A stretch of DNA of 64,000 bases from Vescimonas sp. (GCA_045617685.1 JAZLJB010000010.1:172-64171), one strand, 5' to 3'. Shown: positions 1 to 10,164, numbered from the stretch's first letter. Program-made: numbers and translations. The notes: generated by a model from the letters alone, not told the origin.

Positions 1-486
1 CGACACCAGATCAATAAAATCGGCAATCGGTTCGGCATTATACATAGCCGTACCGCCGGCAATCACCAACGGGGTCAACTCCGTACGCTCAGCACTATGC
101 AGAGGAATATTGGCCAGGTCCAGCATATTGAGAATGCCGGTAAATGCCATTTCGTAGCCCACCGAAAATGCCACAATGTCAAAGTCGGTAATCGGCTCGC
201 CGGACTCCAATGCAAATAGCGGCATTCCTGCCTTACGCATCTCCTCTTCCATATCGCCCCAGGGTGCAAACACACGTTCACACCATACGCCGGGGATATT
301 GTTCATGATGCCATACAGAATCCGCATGCCCAAATTTGACATACCAATCTCGTATGTATCAGGAAAGCAGAATGCAATGCGGGTATCTACATCCTTCTTA
401 TCCTTAATGACTGCGTTATATTCGCCGCCCACATATCGTGCCGGTTTCTGCACACGGGGCAGGATTCGTTCTAACCTTTTATCCAC
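1..486 (-). CDS. TIGR03960-like B12-binding radical SAM protein, 5' part (runs off the window edge)
   Basis: Not in the ORF track. Manual translation from GTG at 486 (AGGAGA RBS) gives MDKRLERILPRVQKPARYVGGEYN...AFCFPDTYEIGMSNLGMRILY...CERVFAPWGDME, typical of this family. Usual clostridial position after spoIVFA/B. Confidence 0.85.
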   Translation of the reverse strand, partial: MDKRLERILPRVQKPARYVGGEYNAVIKDKKDVDTRIAFCFPDTYEIGMSNLGMRILYGIMNNIPGVWCERVFAPWGDMEEEMRKAGMPLFALESGEPITDFDIVAFSVGYEMAFTGILNMLDLANIPLHSAERTELTPLVIAGGTAMYNAEPIADFIDLVS

Positions 487-661
487 AGTGTTTCTCCTGT
501 CATAAAATAATATAGCACTTTATTTTACCCTTTACGCACCAATTTGACAAGTCTTTTTTCCTTTTACAACATATCTTGACACATATGATATACTGAAAAT
601 AAGCTTTTCTCGTTTCTGTATTCAAACGAGAAAAGCTTGCTTTTTAGGAGGACATTTGATT

Positions 662-1342
662 ATGAAGAAAAAATTCAGCACTGAACTTGCCTATGTGTTT
701 GGCATCATATTTGTTGCATGGGGCGTTGTCCTGATGGAAAAAGGCGATTTAGGTATGTCTATGATCGTTGCTCCCGCCTACTTATTCTATCGTTGGCTCT
801 CTCCTATCTGGTCATTTTTTACCTTCGGTATGGCAGAATACTGTTTCCAAGCGGTACTGTTGCTTATTATGACACTGATTCTCCGGCGTTTCCGCTTGTC
901 CTTTCTTTTTTCTTTCGTGACCGCAGTGATCTACGGCTTCGTGCTGGATGGCTTTATGCTGGTAGCTACTGCACTGCCCACCGATACTTTATGGCTGCGT
1001 ATCATCTACTATGTAGTGGGTATGCTGTTCTGCTCGGCAGGTGTATCCGCCATGTTCCATACCTATATTTCACCGGAAGTTTATGAGCTGTTCGTCAAAG
1101 AAGTTTCTGCACATTTTAATGTAAATATCAACAAATTCAAAACCGGATATGACTGCACCAGCTGCATCATCGGTATTATCATGAGTTTTCTGATTTTCGG
1201 TCTGTGGCATTTTGAGGGTGTCAAACTGGGTACCATTTTCTGCGCTCTGATCAATGGTTGGATTATCAGCAGATTTTCCGCTTTCTACGAAAAGCACTGG
1301 GTCTTCTTCGACCGTTTCCCCTTGCGCAAGTATTTTATGTGA
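662..1342 (+). CDS. YczE/YyaS/YitT-like (DUF6198-type) membrane protein
   Basis: Hydrophobic two-repeat protein with LGMSMIVAPAY, TFG and EGVKLGTI motifs; AGGAGG RBS upstream. Confidence 0.75.
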   Translation: MKKKFSTELAYVFGIIFVAWGVVLMEKGDLGMSMIVAPAYLFYRWLSPIWSFFTFGMAEYCFQAVLLLIMTLILRRFRLSFLFSFVTAVIYGFVLDGFMLVATALPTDTLWLRIIYYVVGMLFCSAGVSAMFHTYISPEVYELFVKEVSAHFNVNINKFKTGYDCTSCIIGIIMSFLIFGLWHFEGVKLGTIFCALINGWIISRFSAFYEKHWVFFDRFPLRKYFM

Positions 1343-1937
1343 GATGCAGCCTCCGCTGCACGGACAGAATCGTCAGCCACAATGCCATTAGCACCAAAAA
1401 GCCGCCGTTACCAAATCGGCAGCCCAAGAACGCTGTAACCGACAGCAGCAGAAATGACACAACAACTCCCATATCTGCCGTCACACGATCTGCCGTATAG
1501 GGCTCTGTAAACCATGCTATGGCTATCCAAAAAAGGCTTCCGCCATCCAATGGCGTAATCGGCAGCAGATTGAATGCCCCCAATATGAGCTGGACTCCGG
1601 AGAAAAGATATAGTACAGGGGCAAAATGCCCTCCTAACCCGAAAAGCAGTGCCAAAAGCAAATTAGCCGCTGGCCCTGCAAGAGTCGCTAATAGTTCCCC
1701 ACCGTAAGACAGAGGGTGCGTCGGCGCTATTCTCATTTCAGCGCCTAACATGGTTACCGTAATGGACTCAACCTGTCCACCTAACAGGCGCAAAACAGCG
1801 TAATGCCCCAGCTCATGACATATAGCTGCCAGCAAAACTGCCGACAATAACAACGGTGATGACAGCCATATAAGCGCTGCTAACAAGACCGGCGCTGCAG
1901 CGGAAATTTTTAATTTTGTCTTTTTAATATGCAACAT
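1335..1937 (-). CDS. M50 family site-2 metalloprotease, SpoIVFB-like
   Basis: HELGH, AGPAAN and FNLLPITPLDGG motifs; overlaps the upstream M23 gene. Confidence 0.85.
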   Translation of the reverse strand: MLHIKKTKLKISAAAPVLLAALIWLSSPLLLSAVLLAAICHELGHYAVLRLLGGQVESITVTMLGAEMRIAPTHPLSYGGELLATLAGPAANLLLALLFGLGGHFAPVLYLFSGVQLILGAFNLLPITPLDGGSLFWIAIAWFTEPYTADRVTADMGVVVSFLLLSVTAFLGCRFGNGGFLVLMALWLTILSVQRRLHLT

Positions 1938-2853
1938 AATAAATCGGATTCAAATAGACGGACTCTTTGTGAAGTTCAAAGTGCAGATGTGGACCGGTAG
2001 CATCACCGATCTGCCCTACCTCAGCAATGGGATCACCTATCTTCACACGCTGGCCTGAAGATGCTAAAATCTTACTGCAGTGGGCATACAAAGTTACATA
2101 GCTGTTGTCATGGGCAACGGTTACATACTTGCCCAGCTCGGAACTATCTCCCACTGCCGTTACTGTGCCAGCAGCAAAACTGCCAATCGTAGTACCCTTT
2201 TTTGCTGCAATATCTATGCCATAATGAAAGCGGTTATCCCCCTTGATGGGATGCTTTCTGAGTCCAAACTCAGATGAAATTTCCCCTTCTACCGGATTTG
2301 TACAGGTAAAACCCAAAACCTGCTGGAAAAGTTCCACCTTTTCCGGTAGATTTTTATTTGTATAAACAACCCTTTCCACATCTTCCTTTTCCTCAGATTT
2401 TTCCTGCTTTTTATCTGTGGAATTCTCTGCATCTTTCTGCTTTTTTTCTTGCTTTTGCTCAGAAGTCTTCTGATTTGTTTCTTCCTCTACTACCTTATCA
2501 CTGCCGAATACCGCTGTATACGCTTCATCCAACGCATTACTGACAGCACCGCTGCCCACAGCTTTGCCTACAGCAGAAAACACCGATACAAAATCTGTTT
2601 TCTCTCCCATAAGCCGCAAAATATCATCACGATATTGCTCCATCGTTTGCGGTGATATGAACTTTACACCGACAACAACGATTAAAATCATACCGCTTAC
2701 GATCAATTGAAACAACCGACGCTTACTGCCCTTTCTTTCCGGCACCTCACGCCTGCCGCCCGATTTGGGCCGTTGGGTTCTGCTTTCAGTTCTCTGACGC
2801 TGTTGCTGCAAGCGCTTTCCACCACGTATTGCTTCACGTTGCTTAGGTGTCAT
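1924..2853 (-). CDS. M23 family peptidase, SpoIVFA-like
   Basis: Basic N-terminus, one TM segment, C-terminal M23 domain (HYGID, YAHC, HLHFE); paired with the M50 protease. Confidence 0.8.
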   Translation of the reverse strand: MTPKQREAIRGGKRLQQQRQRTESRTQRPKSGGRREVPERKGSKRRLFQLIVSGMILIVVVGVKFISPQTMEQYRDDILRLMGEKTDFVSVFSAVGKAVGSGAVSNALDEAYTAVFGSDKVVEEETNQKTSEQKQEKKQKDAENSTDKKQEKSEEKEDVERVVYTNKNLPEKVELFQQVLGFTCTNPVEGEISSEFGLRKHPIKGDNRFHYGIDIAAKKGTTIGSFAAGTVTAVGDSSELGKYVTVAHDNSYVTLYAHCSKILASSGQRVKIGDPIAEVGQIGDATGPHLHFELHKESVYLNPIYYVAY

Positions 2854-2880
2854 GTCCGTTCCTCCTTTGCTGTGTCTTAT

Positions 2881-2909
2881 AACCTATGCCGCAAAAAAAG
2901 CAAATAGAC
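2881..2909 (-). promoter_or_regulatory. Putative sigma-E promoter of the spoIVFA/B-like operon
   Basis: Minus strand GTCTATT-N14-CATAGGTT resembles the mother-cell sigma-E consensus. Confidence 0.45.
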
Positions 2910-2923
2910 ATGGCATTTTACTC

Positions 2924-2952
2924 TTGACAGTGAAAGGGAAAATCAATATAAT
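2924..2952 (+). promoter_or_regulatory. Sigma-A promoter of tRNA-Pro
   Basis: TTGACA-N17-TATAAT, perfect consensus. Confidence 0.85.
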
Positions 2953-2963
2953 AAAAAGGCTGA

Positions 2964-3039
2964 CGGGGAGTAGCGCAGCTGGTAGCGCGCTTGGTTCGGG
3001 ACCAAGAGGCCGGGAGTTCAAGTCTCCTCTCTCCGACCA
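2964..3039 (+). tRNA. tRNA-Pro(CGG)
   Basis: Cloverleaf with acceptor CGGGGAG/CTCTCCG, anticodon arm CTTGG-TTCGGGA-CCAAG, GTTCAA T-loop, encoded CCA. Confidence 0.95.
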
Positions 3040-3043
3040 CGGA

Positions 3044-3205
3044 AACCCGCTGAAATGATGAATTTCGGCGGGTTTTGCTATTCTTTTTTTATTCGCTCAT
3101 AACAGCAAAAAACCTTGAAGCCTTTTCGGCTTCAAGGTTTTTCTTATTTGCGCTTAAAGCACCAAGTAATCGCCACAGTGATAAAACTCATCACTGTGGC
3201 GATTG
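3044..3205. terminator. Three consecutive terminator-like hairpins between convergent tRNA-Pro and the NUDIX gene
   Basis: AACCCGCTGAAAT/ATTTCGGCGGGTT, AAAAACCTTGAAGCC/GGCTTCAAGGTTTTT and AATCGCCACAGTGAT/ATCACTGTGGCGATT. Confidence 0.7.
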
Positions 3206-3232
3206 TTATCTTTTTATGACACACGAATATAC

Positions 3233-3772
3233 TCAAATGCCCATCAGGTTTTTTGCTTTCAGCACGGCAATGATTGTCTTGGCATCCTGAATGCCGCCAG
3301 ATAAGCACATATCTTTCAGCTCTGTAAATGGAATTTTTGCCACTTTCAAAAATTCATCTTCATCCGGCTGGCTCTCGTCAAAAGTCAATCCCCGAGCCAA
3401 GAAGAGATGCAAGGTTTCATCATAACAGCCGGGTGACGCAATAATCTCACCCAACGGGAGCCAGCGTTCTGCCGTTGCTCCTACCTCTTCCAACAATTCA
3501 CGCTTTGCCGTTTCCAGCGGTTCTTCACCGATCTCCCGTTTACCCGCCGGAATTTCCCACAGCTCACGGGAAAATGCATAGCGATACTGCCGCACCATAG
3601 GCACGCAAAAATCGTCATCCAATGCCAGAATACCGACACCACCCGGATGGCGCACTACTTCACGCACGCCGGTCTTTCCGTTCGGTAATTCTACCTCATC
3701 TCGCTCCACACGAATAATACGGCCGTGGTATATTTCTTCACTTTTTAATGTCTTTTCCTTTAAATCCATCAT
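3233..3772 (-). CDS. nudF: NUDIX hydrolase, ADP-ribose pyrophosphatase
   Basis: Nudix box (WEIPAGKREIGEEPLETAKRELLEEVG), REVVRHPGGV and QDAKT motifs. Confidence 0.88.
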   Translation of the reverse strand: MMDLKEKTLKSEEIYHGRIIRVERDEVELPNGKTGVREVVRHPGGVGILALDDDFCVPMVRQYRYAFSRELWEIPAGKREIGEEPLETAKRELLEEVGATAERWLPLGEIIASPGCYDETLHLFLARGLTFDESQPDEDEFLKVAKIPFTELKDMCLSGGIQDAKTIIAVLKAKNLMGI

Positions 3773-4334
3773 TATTCTCCTTGCTAAAAATATATGTTTC
3801 AGTAATCACCTTATCAACTGTTCGGTCATGCATTTCTACGCACACCTCATCCGATTTCTGCACATCAAATGCAGCAACAATGCAAGCAGCTTGCGGACAA
3901 GTATTCAAAAAGCGGTCATAATATCCACCGCCATGTCCCAAGCGATGACACTGCTCATCAAATGCCACACATGGTGCAATCACCAAATCTATTACAGCAG
4001 GATTTACCGTTTCCCCTATCGGCTCGCAAATTCCATAGTGTCCTATGCGCCATTGGCCATGTCTTTCAGCCTTCACAGCATGCATTATACCTCTTCCCTC
4101 TGTTACTGGAAATGCAAGCGCCTTTCCTTCTCGCCATAATTTTTCGTGCAGCTCGGCAAGATTTGGTTCATCAGGCATAGCCATATAGCTAAGAATTACC
4201 TTTGCTTGGTACACTTCAGGCAACTGCATGATTTGTCTGCAAATGACATTGCTCGCCCGTTCCCGTTTCGTCGGCTGTAAACTATGACGGCGTGAAAGCG
4301 CCATACGACGCTGGTTCTCTTTTTTGCCATTCAT
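3738..4334 (-). CDS. 5-formyltetrahydrofolate cyclo-ligase
   Basis: YGICEP, PCVAFD, RLGHGGGYYDRFL and HD..VD..ITE motifs. Confidence 0.9.
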   Translation of the reverse strand: MNGKKENQRRMALSRRHSLQPTKRERASNVICRQIMQLPEVYQAKVILSYMAMPDEPNLAELHEKLWREGKALAFPVTEGRGIMHAVKAERHGQWRIGHYGICEPIGETVNPAVIDLVIAPCVAFDEQCHRLGHGGGYYDRFLNTCPQAACIVAAFDVQKSDEVCVEMHDRTVDKVITETYIFSKENNDGFKGKDIKK

Positions 4335-4488
4335 AAACTGCACCTCTTGCTCCTCTACTATGCTTTACAGTTACATTATACTTATATTTCCTCTTTTTTA
4401 CAATACATCATTCTCTCCTCAATGTATGATACTCCACCGTGCAGGGGAAAATAGATGATAGCCTAACGAAAGCAAGGAGGATTTCTAT

Positions 4489-6240
4489 ATGGCTAATCGG
4501 TTATCGCAGGAAAAATCACCTTATTTGCTACAGCACAAGGATAACCCCGTCAATTGGTTTCCTTGGTGCGAGGAAGCATTTGAACAAGCGAAGTGCGAAG
4601 ATAAACCCATTTTACTAAGCATTGGTTATTCCACATGCCACTGGTGCCATGTCATGGCGCACGAGTCCTTTGAAGACACAGACATTGCCCAAATCCTCAA
4701 TGCGCATTTTGTAAGCATTAAAGTAGACCGAGAAGAGCATCCGGAAATTGATGCTGTGTATATGCAAGCCTGCCAGCTTATGACCGGGTTCGGCGGATGG
4801 CCCTTGACGATCCTCATGACACCCGACGGTAAACCATTCTTTGCCGGAACATATCTGCCTAAAAACAATCGCGGCGATCTTTACGGTTTGTCCGATCTTC
4901 TGCAACAGGTGTCTAAAATCTGGCACAGTGATCGCAGTGCTTTAGAAAAAAACGCAAATCAGATCACAGCCATTCTCAACACACCTCATTCTGAGTCTGG
5001 TCAGCCGGACAAAGAACTGTTAGACGCAGCATATCAGTCATTATATAACACCTTTGATGCCCAGTGGGGTGGTTTCGGCGCAGCACCTAAATTTCCCGCT
5101 GCACACAATTTGCTATTCCTCATGCAGTACGAAAAACAAAGTGGCACGGAAATGGCAACCACTACACTGCGTGCCATGGCTTGCGGTGGTATCTTCGATC
5201 AAATTGGCGGTGGGTTTTCTCGATATTCCACAGATGCGAAATGGCTGGTTCCCCATTTTGAAAAGATGCTATATGACAATGCTCTGCTCATTATGGCGTA
5301 TACAGATGCCTATCGGCGAACTCAGATCCACCTCTATGCCGATATCGCTCGAAGAACAGCAGATTATATACTCCGTGAATTGCGTGCTCCCTGCGGAGGC
5401 TGCTATTGCGGTCAGGATGCTGACAGCGAAGGTGTAGAGGGTAAGTTTTATAAATTCACGCCTCGTGATATAAATGATGCGCTGGGTGAACAGGATGGCT
5501 CGGAATTCTGTCGTCTGTACGGAATTGATGAGCACAATAGTATCCCTAATCTTATTCATTCTCCTCAAAATGCCTGGTCTTTTTATGACCCCAGGCTCAA
5601 CAAGCTGTACGCATACCGCAAAAAACGCTATCACCTGCACACAGATGATAAAATCCTGCTTGCCTGGAATGCATGGACCATCATCGCTTTGGCGCAATGC
5701 GGACAGGAGCTTGCCGAACAAAGCTATATCGACTCAGCTATTGCCATACAACAATTTATAGAATCTAATATGACCGATGCAAATAACCGCCTATTTGTCC
5801 GTTTTCGGGATGGTGAAGCTGCCAATGCCGGACTATTGGACGATTATGCCGTCTATGCGTTAGCTCTGCTGATACTCTACCGAATCACCGAGGATACTCA
5901 ATATTTAGATGCTGCTATCTATCGTACCAAGCAGATGATAGACTTCTTCGAGGATAAAAACGGCGGATATTATCTGACTGCTCACGATGCACAGCAATTG
6001 ATTGCCCGTCCCAAAGAAACTTATGACGGTGCCATGCCCTCCGGCAATTCTGTGGCTGCCATGGTGTTGGAATCTCTGACCCAACTCTCAGATGATACAC
6101 AATGGCAGGATGCCGCTGATCGGCAAATGCGCTTTTTGGCAGGTCAGATAAAGCAATATCCTTCCGGTTATTGTTTTGCTCTATTGGCTATGGAAAAATC
6201 TCTACAAGCAGATGCTCAAAAAAACAAACAGCAAGAATAA
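4489..6240 (+). CDS. YyaL/SSP411-like thioredoxin-domain protein (DUF255 plus alpha/alpha barrel)
   Basis: [35 protein letters not shown] and [11 protein letters not shown] motifs. Confidence 0.92.
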   Translation: MANRLSQEKSPYLLQHKDNPVNWFPWCEEAFEQAKCEDKPILLSIGYSTCHWCHVMAHESFEDTDIAQILNAHFVSIKVDREEHPEIDAVYMQACQLMTGFGGWPLTILMTPDGKPFFAGTYLPKNNRGDLYGLSDLLQQVSKIWHSDRSALEKNANQITAILNTPHSESGQPDKELLDAAYQSLYNTFDAQWGGFGAAPKFPAAHNLLFLMQYEKQSGTEMATTTLRAMACGGIFDQIGGGFSRYSTDAKWLVPHFEKMLYDNALLIMAYTDAYRRTQIHLYADIARRTADYILRELRAPCGGCYCGQDADSEGVEGKFYKFTPRDINDALGEQDGSEFCRLYGIDEHNSIPNLIHSPQNAWSFYDPRLNKLYAYRKKRYHLHTDDKILLAWNAWTIIALAQCGQELAEQSYIDSAIAIQQFIESNMTDANNRLFVRFRDGEAANAGLLDDYAVYALALLILYRITEDTQYLDAAIYRTKQMIDFFEDKNGGYYLTAHDAQQLIARPKETYDGAMPSGNSVAAMVLESLTQLSDDTQWQDAADRQMRFLAGQIKQYPSGYCFALLAMEKSLQADAQKNKQQE

Positions 6241-6249
6241 CTTAATATC

Positions 6250-6294
6250 AAAACAAAAACAGCGAGTAGACTATCTACTCGCTGTTTTTGTTTT
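6250..6294. terminator. Bidirectional intrinsic terminator
   Basis: AAAACAAAAACAGCGAGTAGA-CTA-TCTACTCGCTGTTTTTGTTTT between convergent genes. Confidence 0.85.
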
Positions 6295-8134
6295 AGATCA
6301 AATAAGGAACGGTAAATACAGATACATTTCTGTATCGCTCCATCTTCTTCGTCAAGCGCTGGGTTGTTTGGTTGTGCAATAACTTCTTAAACGGATTGCC
6401 AACCACCAAGGCACCCATCATCACCGTTAAATTCTGCTGCTCGTGCAGCAAGTCAGCTTGCTGTTTGATGTGCCGCAGTAAAACATAGTTTACATTACGA
6501 TAGGCTGTCAGTTCATAGACAAAGGTTACATTCAAGCCCAGGCTCTCAATCTCTTCCTTGAGCTGCAAGGCCCTTGCTTCATTGGCGCCTACATGGTACA
6601 GTTCAATTTCTTCAAATCCACAACTCAGTGCATAATGCAACGTTTTTACAAACGAGCGGCTCAAACTCTGCACCGGCAAAATTGCTTTACCCGGTTTTAC
6701 ACGGCTCAAGATTTCGCAAGCCTCATCTACAGAGGAAATTTGCAAATCATCTGCCACAGCCGTATAGTGCTTTTTGATGCTTAACATCAACCACACTAAC
6801 AAGGCAATGCACAACAATGTGACCCAAGCACCACTGGTAAACTTCATAATAACAATAATGACCAGTGTAACACCCGTAATCACTGTACCGAGTCCATTGA
6901 CAAGCATTTTTACTTGCCAACGATCGCCTTTATTTCGTTTCCAATGAATCAACATTCCCAACTGGCTTAGCAGGAAAGAAATGAACACACCGCTTGCGTA
7001 TAACGGCAACAGCAAATGCTGATCGCCATTAAAGGCAAATACCAAAACAGATGCCGCAAAGAATAGCAGCAAAATACCATTTGAGAAGTTTAAACGCGTA
7101 CCACGGGATACCAACTGTCGAGGCAGATATCCATCTTTAGCCATCAAAGCCATCAACAAAGGCATACCGGCAAAAGCAGTGTTAGCGGCCAACGCCAGGA
7201 TAATCACCGTCATCAACTGCACCACAAAATACATAATACTGCTCCGGCCAAATACCGCTGCTGCCAACTGGCTGACTGCCGTAGCCTCTTCATTTGGAAC
7301 GATGCGATACAGGCAAATCAGTACGCTGACACCCAGGAAAACGATGCAGACAAATCCCGCCATGGCGATAAGCACCTTTTTTGCATTCTTCGGTGCCGGA
7401 TCACGGAAATTCGGCACGCCATTGGATACGGCTTCCACGCCGGTCAAAGCCGTACAACCAGATGCAAACGCCCGCAGCAGTACGAAAAGCAATGTATCCG
7501 TTGCGTTCTGGCTCACGATTACCTGCTCTTCCGGCGTGTATGCACCGGAAAGATAGCGAATCAGGCCCGTTACGATCAACGCAATCATCGTCAAAATAAA
7601 CAGATATGTCGGCACGCCGAACATCACTGCCGACTCTCTCATGCCACGCAGATTGCCCCAGGTCAGCAAGCAAATCAACGCAAAGGCTATCAGCGCTTTA
7701 TACGGCAGCACCTCAGGAAATGCGGAGGTCACCGCAGCAGCGCTGGCACAAGCGCTGACCGCCACCGTCAAAATATATCCCAAAATCAACGCTGCGCCAG
7801 CTACCAAGCCCGGTTTTTGGCCCAGGTTATCGTCCGCTACAATATATGCACCGCCACCTTGGGGATAGGCATCGATCGTCTGACGATAGCAAAACACCAA
7901 AATAGCCAACAGTGCAATAATGGCCGCCACTACCGGTAAAAACTTTCCGTATGCTGCCATACCCAATGCCGGTATCAGCACTAACAAAATCTCTTCACCG
8001 GCATAGCTTACCGATGAAATTGCATCGCTGGCAAACACGGGAATGCCCCACAATACATTAAACTTTTCACCACTTAATTCTGCGTCATTCAGCGGCTTTC
8101 CTATGAAGAATCTCAATAACTTTTCTTTCATCAC
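6293..8134 (-). CDS. kimA: KimA/YdaO-type APC-superfamily potassium transporter
   Basis: FASDAISSVSY, AYPQGGGAY, NLRGMRES, TGVEAVSNGVP and LHNQT motifs; c-di-AMP riboswitch upstream. Confidence 0.88.
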   Translation of the reverse strand: MMKEKLLRFFIGKPLNDAELSGEKFNVLWGIPVFASDAISSVSYAGEEILLVLIPALGMAAYGKFLPVVAAIIALLAILVFCYRQTIDAYPQGGGAYIVADDNLGQKPGLVAGAALILGYILTVAVSACASAAAVTSAFPEVLPYKALIAFALICLLTWGNLRGMRESAVMFGVPTYLFILTMIALIVTGLIRYLSGAYTPEEQVIVSQNATDTLLFVLLRAFASGCTALTGVEAVSNGVPNFRDPAPKNAKKVLIAMAGFVCIVFLGVSVLICLYRIVPNEEATAVSQLAAAVFGRSSIMYFVVQLMTVIILALAANTAFAGMPLLMALMAKDGYLPRQLVSRGTRLNFSNGILLLFFAASVLVFAFNGDQHLLLPLYASGVFISFLLSQLGMLIHWKRNKGDRWQVKMLVNGLGTVITGVTLVIIVIMKFTSGAWVTLLCIALLVWLMLSIKKHYTAVADDLQISSVDEACEILSRVKPGKAILPVQSLSRSFVKTLHYALSCGFEEIELYHVGANEARALQLKEEIESLGLNVTFVYELTAYRNVNYVLLRHIKQQADLLHEQQNLTVMMGALVVGNPFKKLLHNQTTQRLTKKMERYRNVSVFTVPYLI

Positions 8135-8151
8135 AATACCGGCTTTCTATT

Positions 8152-8186
8152 TAAAAATAAACGCTGTGCAACCGGCACAGCGTAAG
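8152..8186 (-). terminator. Riboswitch expression-platform terminator
   Basis: Minus strand ACGCTGTGC-CGGTT-GCACAGCGT followed by TTATTTTT, between the aptamer and kimA. Confidence 0.75.
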
Positions 8187-8212
8187 AATGTAATATTTGG
8201 ACACAATGCATC

Positions 8213-8338
8213 CGCCATTCCTTCTAACGCTGACGAGATTAGCTGTCGGGTTCGGAACAGAAGGTTTCCTACCAATTTGCATTGGATTCACCCCAATATT
8301 GGGTCTCCCGCTACCATATGCATGGCATTAAGCAAGTT
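8213..8338 (-). ncRNA. c-di-AMP (ydaO-yuaA) riboswitch aptamer
   Basis: Minus strand GCTTAAT...GGTAGCGGGAGACCCA...TGGGGTGAATC...GTAGG...CCGAACCCGACAGCTAATCTCGTCAGCG matches the family consensus; TTGACT-N17-TACATT promoter at 8369-8341. Confidence 0.92.
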
Positions 8339-8526
8339 ATAATGTAGCATAACCAAATATGAAAGTCAACAACAAGCTCTTTTATGCCGCCTTTATAGTA
8401 TGTGCAGGTTTTAACTCTTTACCTTGCAGTATCATCGTTTGCCGCCTTTTGCCTGCCTGCAGTTAGGTTTTCGCCATCATAATTTGCATTTTTATTCAAT
8501 AATTCTCCAAAATTCCGCATTTTCTC

Positions 8527-8555
8527 TTGCAAATCTTGTATAGTTATGATAAAAT
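8527..8555 (+). promoter_or_regulatory. Sigma-A promoter of the nucleobase permease
   Basis: TTGCAA-N17-TAAAAT with an extended TG. Confidence 0.65.
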
Positions 8556-8646
8556 CAAGGCCTATTTTGTTTGAAAGGGTAAACTGTGTGACTTTTCTTG
8601 TTGCGCACACAGTCCTTTCAAAACTACTTAAAGAGAGGTTTCTGTT

Positions 8647-10086
8647 ATGAAAAAAAATCAACAAGATGTATCTGTAGATAATATCTACAAGCTCGACGGA
8701 CGTGTACCTGTCGGGAAGGCCATCCCCTTTGGCTTGCAGCATGTACTGGCCATGTTTGTGGCTAACGTCACCCCCGTTATGCTCATCGCCGGTGTTGCTA
8801 TGTATAACGGAGTCGCTTTCACTGACATTGACATCGCTCGCTTGATTCAGGCTTCCATGTTGGTAGCCGGTTTGGGTACTCTGATTCAGTTGTTCCCAAT
8901 TTGGCGTGTAGGATCTCGCCTACCCGTTGTGATGGGCTTGAGTTTCACTTTCCTGGCTGCGATGATGGGTCTTGCAGCAAAAGATTACGGCACTATGATT
9001 GGTGCCATTATCGTAGGCGGATGTATTGAAGGTTTGTTAGGCTTGACTGCCAAGTATTGGCGCAGATTTGTGGCTCCTGTTGTTTCCGCCTGCGTTGTTA
9101 CCGCCATCGGTTTCAGCCTTCTGTCTACTGGCATTACTTCTTTTGGCGGCGGTGACGCCGGATCTGCCGATTTCGGCAGCTGGCAAAACTTGGTCGTTGC
9201 TACCATTACTTTAGTGTCTTGCTTGATTTTCAATTGCCTGGCTAAGGGCTTTTGGAAGCAACTTTATGTTTTATTCGGTTTGGTCGTTGGTTATGTCGTA
9301 GCTGTGGTATTTACTATAACAGGTGTAGCTCCTGACATGGTGAATTTTGCCGCCATGAAGTCCACCATTGATGAGATGGGTTTGATTGCGCTGCCCAAAT
9401 TATGCGCTTACACACCCAAGTTTGACATCGGCGCTATCGTATCTGTGACTTTGGTATTCCTGGTATCTGCCGCTGAAACCATCGGCGATACGACCGCAGT
9501 TTGCACCGGCGGTTTGGGCCGTGATATCACCGAGCGTGAGGTTTCCGGTTCTTTGGCTTGCGACGGTTTCATGTCCGCTTTGTCTGGTGGCATCTTTGGC
9601 TGCCCTCCCATCACCTCATTTAGCCAAAACGTAGGTTTGGTGGCTATGACTAAAGTTGTAAATCGTTTCACCATTATGTTTGGTGCCTTGGCTTTAATAC
9701 TGGCTGGTCTGTTCCCCCCAATCGGTGCTTTCTTCTCCACTCTTCCCGCTTGCGTATTAGGCGGCTGCACCATTATTATGTTCGGTGCTATTATTGTTTC
9801 CGGTGTCACAATGCTGTCTCAGTGCGGCATGGATCAGCGCAACACTTTAATTGTAGCTACTTCCTTCTGCGTTGGTATCGGCGTTACTTTTGTCCCCACG
9901 TTCTTCCAGCATATGCCCGCTGTCATCGGCGATATCTTTGCCGGCAACTCCGTGGCCGGTGTATTTGTTGTTGCTATGCTGATGAGCTTGTTCATTCCTA
10001 AAAAGGTTGACATTGAGCAGATTGATGCATTGACAGAAGAAACAATCGAAAACAAAGATCCTGCTTATCCTCCGAAGCAGGTCTGA
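8647..10086 (+). CDS. NCS2/NAT family xanthine/uracil permease
   Basis: GLQHVLAMF, ETIGD and the NAT signature SFSQNVGLVAMTKV.NR. Confidence 0.92.
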   Translation: MKKNQQDVSVDNIYKLDGRVPVGKAIPFGLQHVLAMFVANVTPVMLIAGVAMYNGVAFTDIDIARLIQASMLVAGLGTLIQLFPIWRVGSRLPVVMGLSFTFLAAMMGLAAKDYGTMIGAIIVGGCIEGLLGLTAKYWRRFVAPVVSACVVTAIGFSLLSTGITSFGGGDAGSADFGSWQNLVVATITLVSCLIFNCLAKGFWKQLYVLFGLVVGYVVAVVFTITGVAPDMVNFAAMKSTIDEMGLIALPKLCAYTPKFDIGAIVSVTLVFLVSAAETIGDTTAVCTGGLGRDITEREVSGSLACDGFMSALSGGIFGCPPITSFSQNVGLVAMTKVVNRFTIMFGALALILAGLFPPIGAFFSTLPACVLGGCTIIMFGAIIVSGVTMLSQCGMDQRNTLIVATSFCVGIGVTFVPTFFQHMPAVIGDIFAGNSVAGVFVVAMLMSLFIPKKVDIEQIDALTEETIENKDPAYPPKQV

Positions 10087-10122
10087 TATGACTTTGGATC
10101 TATTCACATATTCATAGATATT

Positions 10123-10160
10123 AACCCCCCGATATCTGACCAGAGATATCGGGGGGTTTT
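10123..10160. terminator. Bidirectional intrinsic terminator
   Basis: AACCCCCCGATATCT...AGATATCGGGGGGTTT. Confidence 0.8.
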
Positions 10161-10164
10161 ATTA

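Noticed and set aside
4344-4488. 6S RNA upstream of the 5-formyl-THF cyclo-ligase
   Set aside because: The intergenic region is too short, is shared with a divergent promoter, and shows no long rod-like pairing.
8570-8625. Known purine, c-di-GMP-I or PyrR element upstream of the permease
   Set aside because: Core consensus features (UUUCUACC junction, GAAA tetraloop plus GCAAAG, AGUCCAGAGAGG loop) are missing; kept only as an unknown structure.
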